A stretch of 64,000 nt of DNA from Alloascoidea hylecoeti (lineage: Eukaryota). The translations under genes and the position numbers were made by a program. Shown one piece after another: positions 35,723 through 47,580 of the stretch. The stretch is taken from NCBI GenBank assembly GCA_001600815.1, contig BCKZ01000019.1, positions 311,981-375,980 of the forward strand. Direction: 5' to 3'. The notes under the pieces were generated by a model. That model was not told the DNA's origin and searched no databases. It was given only the letters and a program-made list of their open reading frames with translations. The stretch's first letter is position 1. Each line of letters begins with the position of its first letter.

Positions 35723-36399
35723 CAGAAGCAATCTTCTTATATAAGCTAGAAATATATCGAACTTCTGATATAGTAATGAACTTTATAAGTATGTTTAATA
35801 TTTCTTATACGATATAATTATATATATACCCCTAATATATCCTAATATAAACTTGTGGGCCAATATAGCAATCACCCCTTGTACATGTCAGACACAAAGT
35901 TACACTGATCCCCAAGCTCCATTAATATTGTAAGTTTCTTCATTTCTAGTATTAAGATAAATGTTCAATCCACTTAGGGTATTTAATAGCGAAGTGAAAT
36001 ACTGTCTCATGAAACTTTTGTCCTTAACATCTAGTCCTCAAAGACTCCTCATGTATAAATAGAAAATTGGCTCGTATTTCAGTGTAACATAATAATAACT
36101 TTTATATGCAAAAAATAAAAGTAGAATTTTTTCGCCGTAAATGATGTTTAATATCGCAGCATTACGTTTTCCTATATGAAGACTTAATTTTTGTTTGGTA
36201 TACGGATCATGCATATGCAATTTTCGATAACGGTTAAAAGTATGGCAATGCTTAACGTCTAGCCTATTTTAGAAAGTTAAAACTTTCACAGTATATAAAT
36301 TAATAAGCAGTGTTAATTGACATGCATCTCGTATATAATTTAAAGAAATCGTCGTATTCCATTTTTTCAATTTTTTTAATATTTAATATAAATTTAATT

Positions 36400-38961
36400 A
36401 TGGATTTTAGACCAAGGTATAATGAGAACACTAATGCAACTATCACACACAATAGCGAAAACACCTTTAATACTCAACAGATCGATAACCGGGATCTAAG
36501 ATCTTTATATTTACAACATTCTGAGTTAAATGGTAATAGTAGTATTCACCAGCAGGTACCTTTTCAAGAACAAAACGGTAATTTCACTTATCCACAACAA
36601 CAAGTACAACAACTTTTACAACAACCATTTCAATATTCGCAACCAGTACAACAACAAAATCAATATATTTATCAGTCATCTGTAAATCAATATAGTCAAC
36701 AACATCAACAAATAGCTCCGACGTTCTATCAAGGAAATGTAAATCCAAACATATTAGACCAAGGATCAGACTACTCTCAATATGCTTTGCAACAATATCA
36801 TGAACAAAAAAGAAAAGAAGCAAAACACGCAATGATTATAAAATCTATGGGCACTTTCCCAACTAATTTTCGACGTTCGTATTCTAGAAGAAGACATAAA
36901 AACTCACATTTTGGTTGCAAACAATGTAAACGAAGACGAATCAAATGTAATGAACAATTTCCAATTTGTACAAATTGTATAAAATCAAGATTAACCTGTT
37001 CTTATCAATCACTTACACAAAATCAAATTGATACAATAATGGCTAAAAAGCAACAACAAGAAGAAGAAGACAATTTTGAATCAATGTTAGAGGATCCAAA
37101 TAGCCATGAACAACCTTCTACTTCAAATTCTAGGAATGTAAACATCAATATCCACTCAAGATCAATTTCAAGTGATAGATCTCAATTTCAACTTTCGCCA
37201 ATAGATTTTAGTATGAATTTAGGTACTTCAATATCTGCACCTATCTATGGTGGACCTGCAGATTTATTTTCCTCATCACATCAAATGTTGCAACCGCAGG
37301 TCCCTGCATCTGTAGAAGCAATCCCAGGAGCAATGCAAGAAGTAGTAACTTTTGATCCTTTACCAGAAACACCATTACAAAATGGATTGAATAATAATTC
37401 TTCAAGTTCAGTTATAGCACCAGAAAATAGTAATGATCAAATAACATTACCTCCAGTTTCAAAGAATTATTCAAATTCTCTTGAGCCATATCAATCGATT
37501 GAACGAGATGATCATTTTGGATTTGAATCACAAAAGGTAAAATTTAGAAATCATATGAAAAAACTTTGTCATTTAGCGGCACAATACGAATATTTATATT
37601 ATTCAATTGTTAATTTTGGTTGCCTCTTATTAAGCTCAAAAGTTGAAGATCCACAAGAAGTTGAATATTGTTTACAACAAGCTACAAAATTTAGAGATCT
37701 AACTTCCATGGAAGTAAATAGAAGAACAAATAATTTACAATCAGTAGCTGCAAATGGAAATATTGATGAATTTAGTACTTTATTTGCATCTGTAATTATT
37801 TTATCTTGGGATTTATATTCACCTAGAAGTACCCTGACAGCTCATTTAAAAAGTTTAGAATATTGTTCAAAATTTGCAGCAAATAATACAAATTTACCAG
37901 TATTTGAAAATGATGAAAATTATTCAGTGTTATGCAATGAATATATGTATCAATGTTTAAAATATATTCATTTTCCAAGTTATTCACATGCTTTTTTGGG
38001 AGAATTTTTAAAAAGATTGGAAAATGTGAAACCAACACTACAAGGTATGTTAAATCAACAAGATGATTATGAATCAAAAAGAATGTTCGAAAATGAATTT
38101 AAATTTTTACATGGCATAATCACTAGATTAAATAATTATTTAAATACAGTTGCAGCACAACCAATAAAAAATGATGACTCAATAACTTCATATTCATCAG
38201 AAGTTTTATTTAATTTATTAAAAGAATGGATTTCAAATTTTCCAAGTGAAGCATGTTCTTTTAAACCAAGAAGACATCCATCATTTCATGTTTTGTATAC
38301 TTATTATCATGCTGCTTCAAGATCACTTGATGCATTTTTCCCAGAAATTAGATATTTATTTTCAATGAGTTTTAATGGACCAGTTGATTTGGTTTCAATG
38401 GATTTACAAACAATGTCAAGTGCAGTATCATCAAATGTTATTCCATTATTACAATATCCTTTCAGAATTATATCATTTTTTAAAGAAAGGTTATACAAAC
38501 TATCAAAATTAATTATAATAAATAACCCATTTTCAGTTGAGAATGATGATACGAGAAATAAATCAAAAAAATTAAAAATGATAAAGGAAGATTTTATAAC
38601 TTCTTTTGAACATGATCAAATCACAAATGATTCCTTCCCCCAGATCGATAAAGCAAATAAAGATTTTGATGTTGGAACTATTGAAGGAGAATTTGTACTT
38701 ATTGGTGGGAATAAAGAAACATTAGATGGTAGCATAAGTCCTACTACAATTCTCACCACAGATTTTCAATCACATTCAACTCCAGTTACAGTAATGGATT
38801 TAATGCCCGTCTCTTCATCTAGTAGCTCTTCTTGTTATAGCTATTGTGGTGGCCATGGAGAGTCAGATTTATCTAAGGGAGATTCATTACAAAAATACAT
38901 TGTTATTAGGCGTTCTGCTTTATCAGGTTTGGCAAATCAAGCAAGGCAGGTTTACAGTTAA
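36400..38961 (+). CDS. Zn(II)2Cys6 transcription factor (Upc2/Ecm22-like cluster) with Q-rich N-terminus
   Basis: RRRHKNSHFGCKQCKRRRIKCNEQFPICTNCIKSRLTCSY. ATG 36400 (MDFRPR) is the most plausible start. Confidence 0.88.
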   Translation: MDFRPRYNENTNATITHNSENTFNTQQIDNRDLRSLYLQHSELNGNSSIHQQVPFQEQNGNFTYPQQQVQQLLQQPFQYSQPVQQQNQYIYQSSVNQYSQQHQQIAPTFYQGNVNPNILDQGSDYSQYALQQYHEQKRKEAKHAMIIKSMGTFPTNFRRSYSRRRHKNSHFGCKQCKRRRIKCNEQFPICTNCIKSRLTCSYQSLTQNQIDTIMAKKQQQEEEDNFESMLEDPNSHEQPSTSNSRNVNINIHSRSISSDRSQFQLSPIDFSMNLGTSISAPIYGGPADLFSSSHQMLQPQVPASVEAIPGAMQEVVTFDPLPETPLQNGLNNNSSSSVIAPENSNDQITLPPVSKNYSNSLEPYQSIERDDHFGFESQKVKFRNHMKKLCHLAAQYEYLYYSIVNFGCLLLSSKVEDPQEVEYCLQQATKFRDLTSMEVNRRTNNLQSVAANGNIDEFSTLFASVIILSWDLYSPRSTLTAHLKSLEYCSKFAANNTNLPVFENDENYSVLCNEYMYQCLKYIHFPSYSHAFLGEFLKRLENVKPTLQGMLNQQDDYESKRMFENEFKFLHGIITRLNNYLNTVAAQPIKNDDSITSYSSEVLFNLLKEWISNFPSEACSFKPRRHPSFHVLYTYYHAASRSLDAFFPEIRYLFSMSFNGPVDLVSMDLQTMSSAVSSNVIPLLQYPFRIISFFKERLYKLSKLIIINNPFSVENDDTRNKSKKLKMIKEDFITSFEHDQITNDSFPQIDKANKDFDVGTIEGEFVLIGGNKETLDGSISPTTILTTDFQSHSTPVTVMDLMPVSSSSSSSCYSYCGGHGESDLSKGDSLQKYIVIRRSALSGLANQARQVYS

Positions 38962-39927
38962 CATTATGTCCTAACATCAAGTAAATATAATTAGTTTGAT
39001 GTTAAAAGATGAACCAAACACACACCAGATAATATTGGGAATTGCAGAGCACTTGTGAGTTCTTGCACTCAATAACTTGAAACTAAATTTAGAAATGGTC
39101 CTTTTAATTCAGACACATCAAGCTTAAATCTCATTCAAGTCGGGTGGAAAAGTCAATCAAGCAAGTCTAGTCACCCAAAATGCTACTCCTGGTATTTTCA
39201 GCAAGAACCGCTAGCGGCAGTTGTTTTATTAAACGAATAATTCAACTCGACTTTATGGGACGCTTCTGTTCTCGACTGCCTACTAAATCACTAGCGGTTT
39301 CGGCAGGAGAAAAAATTAACACTTATATGAGATGAGCTTGAGTTATATTTACTATATTATGGTATATATCTACGTATACTTCTAATTTGTTGGATACCTA
39401 TTATTACAGTAGCAATTTTATATTTACACAAATTATGGTCTTTATTCAAAATAAAATTCAAAATGTCTTCTTAGTGTATTTTCAATTGTTTTTGAAATTA
39501 TGTTCTTTATCAAAAATATAAAAATATAAATGTCTTTTCATAATTAATAGATTTTTTTCTAAATTTATAATGTCTTTTTAATGAATTTGCAATTTTTATT
39601 GAAATTAAATTAATGTTTTCATACAGGTATAAGCTTGCAATTGTATGTTTATGATTATATATAGAGCTATTAATATAATATTTAGTTTTGTATTGTTATC
39701 TATAATAGTGTTACTATGAGGGTTTTTAATGGCGTACTTCATGTGCTTGCTATGGTCCGTTGAAAGAGATATGATGTAAATTAGTATTAAGGAGTTTACA
39801 GCTTTATGTATATTCCTTTTTGCCAATGAATCTCTGTTGATTGTTAATGGCTGCACTACACTACAGTTTATTTCATCAGATGTAGAAGAATAGTATAAAT
39901 AGACTGAATCACAAGCACAAGCATATA

Positions 39928-40182
39928 CAGTGACTTAATTAGGCTTGTTGAACTATAAGTTTATATTCGCTCACATGATGAAACTGTTCGCCTATATTCT
40001 AGACTGATAATTCGACCCAATAATATTAATCCAGTCCTTTCACTTAATTTCGGTCACTTTCCATTAAATATTATTGAGTCGAATTATCAATCTAGAATAT
40101 AGGCGAACAGTTTCATCATGTGAGCGAATATAAACTTATAGTTCAACAAGCTTAATTAAGTCAAAGTTAACGCAAAACACTG
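39928..40182. mobile_element. Tc1/mariner-type MITE, near-perfect hairpin
   Basis: TA|CAGTG...CACTG|TA ends. About 100-bp arms (39931-40030 vs 40063-40163) differ by only a few mismatches; the right arm has about 15 extra bp before CACTG. Confidence 0.85.
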
Positions 40183-42536
40183 TAAGTGTGACCAATAAAG
40201 TAAAAAAAACCCAATATATCAAGAATAATATAATACACTAAAGCTACTGGGACTTTCCAAAGGAAAAATCATCATCCGAAGAATCACAGCTCCAGTCGAA
40301 ATCAGATATTGCATAAACTTTATCATGTTTCTCATTAAATACACTAATTTTATACGCATTTTTGTCCTTAAAAAATTCAGAAGCTCGCTCCTTTTAGGAA
40401 TCCTTCTTAATTATCTAGTTGCTCAAATCAAGTCTTTGATTTGATCTAAATATTATGCTGTTACTACTGTATACAGCGTATAGGCTGTAAGTTGCTCTGA
40501 TTCCATTGAACGATTTCTTTGGAGAAGTTTAATAGGTATTTTATAATTTTTATTTTGTCAGTTGGATTATGAAATAGATTGAGATGAAATTATTTACAAA
40601 AGTATTATATGATAGGATAGAGTTAGATGAAAGAAAAAACCTGATTTGGATTTTTATAACTTTGAAAAAAATCTTGGTATTCTTATTTGCGGGCCTTGAT
40701 TTTTGCGGGATCTCTCTTTGACGCCAGATATCATGGAGAACAATTATTACCGGAAGCATAAAATGCCAACCTATGCAACAATACCTTCATACGAATATTC
40801 ACTAACTATTCTGTAAATATATGAAAGATTATTGGTATAAAAGGCAGTCAGTTATAATTTTAACCTTTGGTGCCAAGGTGATGCAAACCAAAAGCGGATT
40901 TAAGACCACACCAGTTCTTTTCAAGAACACTATTAGCTTGCTATTATCGTTACCTGTGGGCCAGGCTTTTGTTTACATCAATATTCCTTGAGGGTGATTA
41001 AATCTGATAGCAATATTTAAAATGCCTTGCAATTGCAAATTCTTAATTATAAGCTAGCTGCAGTGTTCCTCAAAGTGTAGCCTCGGAACCACATCTTGAA
41101 GTTCACAATGCTTATATAATCATGACCAGATCATACTACAAAGCTTGAGAATAGAAAATTCTAAAAATTTCCTATATTCTCCGAGACATGAACAGGAAAA
41201 TTAAGGAAGCAATATATAGGAAGTTAATAGGAGTGTTAGGAACATATATATTAATCGGAATAGACAAGGCGCAATATAACTTATGGAAATTTATGGGATT
41301 AATTCTCTTTTGATAAGATCATTGCCATGATGAGATTATTCTTTTAAACGTTTCTAATAATTATAATAGTGATTTTTTAAAGATACACCTCGAGGTGCAA
41401 TTGTCGATTGCATCACTGTATGTCCTGAAATAGGTTCTATGACTCTTCTATACAACAATGAGCCATCTCTCTAGGGTCCATATGCATTAATTTCATTCTA
41501 TTTAATCTGAATGATAATTCTCTAAAATTAAAGTTGAATATCAAAATCGGCTTCAATATTAAATCTTACTAAGTACTAGATTTGAATCATTTGATTAAAA
41601 TTCTTATTAAAACTAACTTATGATATTTTATTAAATCTTTGAAACATAGTAATTACAGGCTATTTATAAGTTATGTTATATCATTATGTAGACTGTATGA
41701 TTATTTAATTGCCATAATGAAAGCAAAAGATGGAGAATGTGAAAAACCATCAATGTTTCCAGAACGCATATAAATTATAAATCTGCTTCCTAATTTCTCC
41801 GTTTTTTCCGTTATCATCAGATGACGTTCACGGATCATAGTCAAAAGATAAAAATGGACAGATATTGATGATATACTATCGCAGCAGAAGATTTAAAAAG
41901 TTCAAATATTAATATTGTTCAATGGTGATAGGTAATACGTATAATGAAATTGTGCAAAATTAAGAAGTTATAACTAGCGCTACATTATATTGCAATTGTA
42001 TAGGTCGGCCGCGGGTTATAATATAAGAAAAAAACTTATAGTATCCAATCAGATTTATCCTCTGGAAACGGAACGGAAGAGTTTTTACCCTATTTGGCCC
42101 CTTAGCGCTTTACAGTTGAATTGACAATAGCAATACTTCGGTTCGGCTGACGCCAATATTAATTTTGGATATCAAACTTCACCCGAAGGAGTGGGGGTTT
42201 GTTTCTCATTATTTGTATGAGATAGATCTCGCTTAATGGGGTATTTTCTACTTCGCAAAGCTTGCAATTGACTTAAAAGGGTATGTTTTTAGGCCTAGGA
42301 ACTCTCCATGTCATGTAGTACTGTACTCATCAGCCAGTAAGAACCCCAGTAAAAACACGTAGTCATGAAAGTGAGTTTCGTCTGCAGAATATCAATCGAT
42401 CATACGGGGTTAATAATATTATATAATAATAATTTTATTAGTATGAACCCATTTTATATATAAACGTAATATTCTCCTGCCATTTAAATTTAAATTTAAA
42501 TTGTATTTGTAAGTACAATTATACTATAGAAAAGAA

Positions 42537-44580
42537 ATGGCTCCCCTTCCTAAGAATTTTATCATTGTCGTTGGAGGTGGTCTTGCTGGCTTATCAGCAG
42601 CTCATCAAATTCTCATCAATGGTGGTAATGTAGTTGTCATGGATAAGCAAAGTTTCTTTGGTGGTAATTCTACAAAGGCCACTTCAGGTATTAATGGAGC
42701 TTTAACAAGAACACAAGTTGATTTGGAAATTCGAGATTCAGTTCAACAATTCTATAACGATACAGTTAAATCAGCGAAGGATAAAGCTAGACCTGATCTT
42801 ATTAAAGTTTTGACATATAATTCTGCCGCTGTAAGTGAAAAATAATCTTTAAAGTTTATCTCATCTCGAAGAAAATGAGAATATTTGTTCTAACATATCA
42901 TTTTATATTTAGGCTGTTGAATGGTTACAAGATGTTTTTGACCTTGATTTAACATTAGTTTCAAGATTAGGTGGACACTCTCAACCAAGAACACATCGTG
43001 GTCATGATGCTAAATTCCCTGGTATGGCAATCACCTACGCCCTTATGGAGAAACTTGAAGAGATTGCAGAATCTTCGCCAGATCGAGCAGCTATATTATT
43101 AAAATCAAGAGTTATCAAATTAATTAAAAAAAGTTCAAATATCGTTACTGGTGTTGAATATGAGATAAATGGTAAAAAACAACAATTAACAGGTCCTGTT
43201 ATATTAGCAACTGGTGGTTATGCAGCTGATTTTACAGAAAATTCTCTTTTGAAAAAATATAGACCTGATGTTTACGATTTACCATCTACAAATGGTACTC
43301 ATGCTACAGGTGATGGTCAAAAAATGGTTATGGAAGCTGGTGGTGGTTCTATTGATATGGATAAAGTCCAAGTTCATCCAACAGGTCTTGTTGATCCAAA
43401 GGATCCGGATAATAAATGGAAATTCCTTGCTGCTGAAGCTTTAAGAGGTGAAGGTGGTATTATGTTAAATTCAAAAGGTGATCGATTCTGTGATGAGTTA
43501 GGAACAAGAGATTATGTTTCAGGGGAAATGTTCAAGACAACTTTCCCAATTCGGTTATGCTTGAATAAAAAAGCTTCAGATGTTTTAGATTTCCATTGTA
43601 AGCATTATGCTGGACGTGGATTGATGAAAAAAATCACTGGAAAACAATTAGCTGAAGAAATTGGTTGTGGTGTTGATCATTTAAAAAAAACATTTAAAGA
43701 ATATAATGATTATGCTATTTCAGCTGCAAACGGTAAAAGTAAAGATCCATTTGGGAAAAAATTCTTCGCTAATACACCTGTTGAAGTAGATGATGATTAT
43801 TATGTTGCTTTAATTACTCCAGTGCTTCATTTTACAATGGGTGGTGTTTCTATTAATGATAAATCTGAAGTTTTAGACGAAGGAGATAAAGTTATTAATG
43901 GTCTTTTTGCAGCTGGTGAATTGGCTGGTGGTGTCCATGGTGCAAATCGTCTTGGTGGTTCATCATTATTAGGTTGTGTTGTTTATGGAAGAGTTTCTGC
44001 AGATGCTGCTTCTTCATACTTATTACAACTTTTATCGAATAAAAAGGATTCAGCTGGTCCAGCTGGAGCTACTTCTAGATTAAGTCAAATTAGTTTACAT
44101 ATTGATGCTTCCCATCCAAATAAAGTTATTGTTGACTGGGGTGAAGGTTCTGGAAAAAGTAAAGGTTCCAAACATAAGGGAAAAGAATTTGAGATTGAAG
44201 AAGATGATGACGACGATGACTATGAAGAAGAAGAAGAGGAAGAGGAAGAAGAAGAAGAAGAAGAAGATGATGATGATGAGGAACAAGCTGCAAAACCAGC
44301 AAAAGGTCAATTTGTTATTCCAACAAAAGAATATTCAATGGAAGAAATTGCAAAACACAATACTAAATCAGATTGTTGGGTTGTCGTTAAAGGTGTTGTT
44401 TTAGATGCTACTCATTTCTTAGAAGATCATCCAGGTGGTGTTAATTCAATTGTAAACTTTGCTGGTAAAGATGCTACAACTGAATTTGCAATGCTACACG
44501 AAGATAGAGTTATTCCAAAATATGCAGGTAGTTGTGTTATTGGAACAGTCGCTGGACAAGAAGTAACATTAATGAAATAA
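42537..44580 (+). CDS. Soluble fumarate reductase (Osm1/Frd1 family) with C-terminal cytochrome b5 domain. Exons 42537-42830, 42913-44580
   Basis: VVGGGLAG FAD motif, GGNSTKATSGING, RLGGHSQPRTH, LHFTMGG, GVHGANRLGGSSL; b5 motifs IAKHN..DCWV, HPGG, GKDAT..F..H. Intron 42831-42912 GTAAGT..CTAAC..TAG, phase 0. Confidence 0.93.
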
Positions 44581-44670
44581 TTCATGAATCAACTATAATT
44601 AGTCATATATATATTTATCTTATTTTTTTTGTTATAATATTACCCATACGTATACGTTAGAAACTTTGGG

Positions 44671-45483
44671 TTGAAATGTATCTTATAATTTACAAATGAT
44701 CTTATGGTTATTGAATACATACTTATGAGTACGAATTCGAAGGTTTTTACAGCTGTCAATTTTTGTGACTTTGTGGAAATTACTACAGTTTCTTGATATT
44801 CGATCATACATGTTATTTATGATTATAAGGTTAAATATTTTTTGCTCCACTTCTTTTTGTTCACCATGATCACCACTAATCAATACTATGCTTATAATGA
44901 ATATATTATACCTATATAAACTTATATGAAAAAAGCTCATTTGATCAAGATAAGAAGGCCGGACAAACTTCACCCCAACACAATTACATTATTAGAGGCA
45001 GTTTGAAAAAGTCAGTTACTGATGTTTTCAAATTAATTGTGAATTGTAAAAAAAATCGAAGCAACCGACCGTCCACATTGTCAACCCTATTATTTAATGC
45101 AAGGTGTTTGGTCTTCCCATCGTTGAATGTAAATACTGTTTTTTCGGATTCAAATAATAGGGTTCACAAAAATTAAATAACACACCGGCCGGGAAGTGTT
45201 TAACGATATGTATATGGTCTAATTTAATCGTTGTTGATTTGAAAACATCAGTAACTGACTTCTTCAAACTGCCTCTAGTACTGTATTTATGTTGTACATG
45301 TGGTTCTTATCTTGATCATTTACTGAAATCAAATGAGCTTTTTCCATATAGTTATATGAAGTATTTATTATAGTAATATATGTAAAGGAAAAGAGCTCAA
45401 GAAATTTTTTTTAACCTTATAAACTTTATAATCAAAAATATCGCTTAAGATCTAGAAGGTATATGACGTAATATACATTTCAG
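44671..45483. mobile_element. Older degenerate inverted-repeat element enclosing the 44995-45275 MITE
   Basis: Flanks are mutually inverted: TTATAAGGTTAAA, TATATG(A/G)AAAAAGCTCATTTGAT, TGATCAAGATAAGAA, TGAAATGTAT. Outer ends approximate. Confidence 0.6.
44995..45275. mobile_element. TA-flanked MITE with about 38-bp TIRs
   Basis: TA|GAGGCAGTTTGAA(A/G)AAGTCAGTTACTGATGTTTTCAAAT at both ends in inverted orientation; inner inverted repeat AACCCTATTATTT/AAATAATAGGGTT. Confidence 0.85.
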
Positions 45484-46275
45484 CTTTATTTCATATAGAT
45501 AGCTTAGAATATAAACAAATAGACTTTAATATGCCCGATCTCATTTTCTCATCTTAATCTATCATCTAAGGTTATTAAGCCCATTCTCGATGTAGATTTT
45601 AAATGTCATAGGCAATTTTCTTTCCCATGCTTATCAAATGAGCCCCACAAACACTATCACACAGTTCCATTCTTTCTTTCTGGTCAAACTTCCAGCTAGG
45701 TATTGGGATTTCCAAACGTTGAGACTTCAATTGCAATCGCTACAAAAGAAGACAGTGAGAATGATAAACCGTGAATATGCCAAACTCGCCACGATTGATC
45801 TCGGTTTAGCAAAATGGGGGTATCTCAATCTAGTTTTCAAATATATCTGTTGGGACTAAACATCAAGAAGTGGTTAGGAATCAATTAAACTCCAATTACA
45901 ACTCCACGAACATTATAATTAACAATTCCACATTCTAATATATTTATAATTTCATTATTCAAATTTATGTAAATTAAATAATGATTAACTTACAATAATT
46001 TTTAGGGCAATATTGATTGCAATATGGGTAGTATTGGGTACCAGTATGAGATTACATGTATTACGCAATTCTCCCATGATATGATTCTCAGCTGAATTAG
46101 GATTGACACATATTTAAATACCTTCTGATTGTGAAGAGGATTCAATGTCATATAATTAGTGAGACAAGATGAAGTGCAAGTTTATATTACGTATACAATT
46201 ATATACATGTATAACTAAACTTAAACACAAACTTGTCATAGCTGGTGGTATAAACTCCGATCATAAAGGTGTGTT

Positions 46276-46321
46276 TAGTATAGTATAGTATAGTATAGTA
46301 TAGTTTAGTTTAGTTTAGTTT
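46276..46321. repeat. Compound pentanucleotide microsatellite (TAGTA)n(TAGTT)n
   Basis: Read directly. Confidence 0.9.
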
Positions 46322-46559
46322 AAAATTGTTTTATTGAAGATTAGAATTGATAAGTTATCCATGATTAGAATTTTTAGAAACTGGTGATAATATCGAATAT
46401 TACCAATAATAATATTTTACGATGTCTCAAATTTATATAATTTTAAAGGAATGTATAATAATATATTAGCGCCGAGATTAAGTTCCAAAACCATAACTAT
46501 TTTTCTAAATTTCAGGCATCAATTGCAAGCTTAAGATTTCTTATTTTCACAACAGATCC

Positions 46560-47140
46560 CGGACTTAACTGCGATGGTGAGAGAAGTGTCTGATCATAAG
46601 ATTATGAATGGATTCCAATTTCCTAGCATTAAGCTTATTTTAACATTGAAAAAGAAGCGTCGACAATCCGAAACGAAGTTAACTCAATAGTTCCCCTGTC
46701 TTCTATGATTTCAAACCAATGAGGTTAACGATACTTTCAGCGCCCGATAAAGGAGATTAATGTAAAAGCTTTTGTGCTTCACTATATTGTTCGATTTTCA
46801 ATCGGCATCAATAATTACTTCCTTTTGTTTTGATGGTTATTTACGAAAATAGAAAAAAATGAAAAAAAATCTAGTACTGAAGTTATTGTATGGCAAATAA
46901 ATGGAATTTCACTCTTCTAAAGCTATGTGTTCTGGGGAAATGAGAAAACTCAGTCGTACAAAAAGTTCTGCAACAAGTACAAACAGCATCCATGTTAATT
47001 ATCGAGCTCCATTACCATAACATTGAAAGCGGCATTTCCGGTTTTATCGGGTCTCATCCCGAATGCAAATGACAACGGGCATGTCCACTTAATGACACTT
47101 ATAAAAGTTATACCATCATAATGAGTTTTGGTGTCTCCAC
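46560..47140 (+). pseudogene. Possible decayed Ty3/gypsy pol fragment (RNase H to integrase zinc finger)
   Basis: Frameshifted pieces in gypsy order: SDHK, KLTQ*F..YDFK, KEINVKAFVL, then IIELHYHN..(G)HF. Matched by eye only. Confidence 0.35.
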
Positions 47141-47580
47141 AACACTAGTAAAGATCCAATTGGGACATTAAACATTCATTTTAATTCATTTTTGTATTTG
47201 AAGCCCTTGAAAAATCGACATCAATTGAGAAAATTATAAGATTTTTAACAGCAGTTGTGTTAAAGTCAATGAATATTTGAAAACTGTAACGTTTACAATT
47301 AAATTTATAAAGTTAATAACAACTTGCAATTGCAATTGACAAGTGTACGCTACTTCATACACAAAATTTATATCAATGTAAAAAAATTCAATTCACTTAT
47401 TTATATTTGATTCTATATTTCATATATTCCAATCTTCAATTAAAATATCACAAGTTTATAAAATATTATTATTCACTTTTTTTATTATTTTATTATATAA
47501 AACTTAACAATAAAATTTGAAAGTAGTAGCTTAAATGTATAAAAAAAAGAAAATTGAAATAATAGTTTGGAGAGTACAAT

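Noticed and set aside
36310..36399. N-terminal extension of the Zn2Cys6 ORF
   Set aside because: Starts at GTG and looks like AT-rich promoter/UTR sequence; ATG 36400 preferred.
44095..44404. Overlapping poly-Phe and poly-Lys ORFs
   Set aside because: Alternative frames of the GAA repeat in the fumarate reductase linker.
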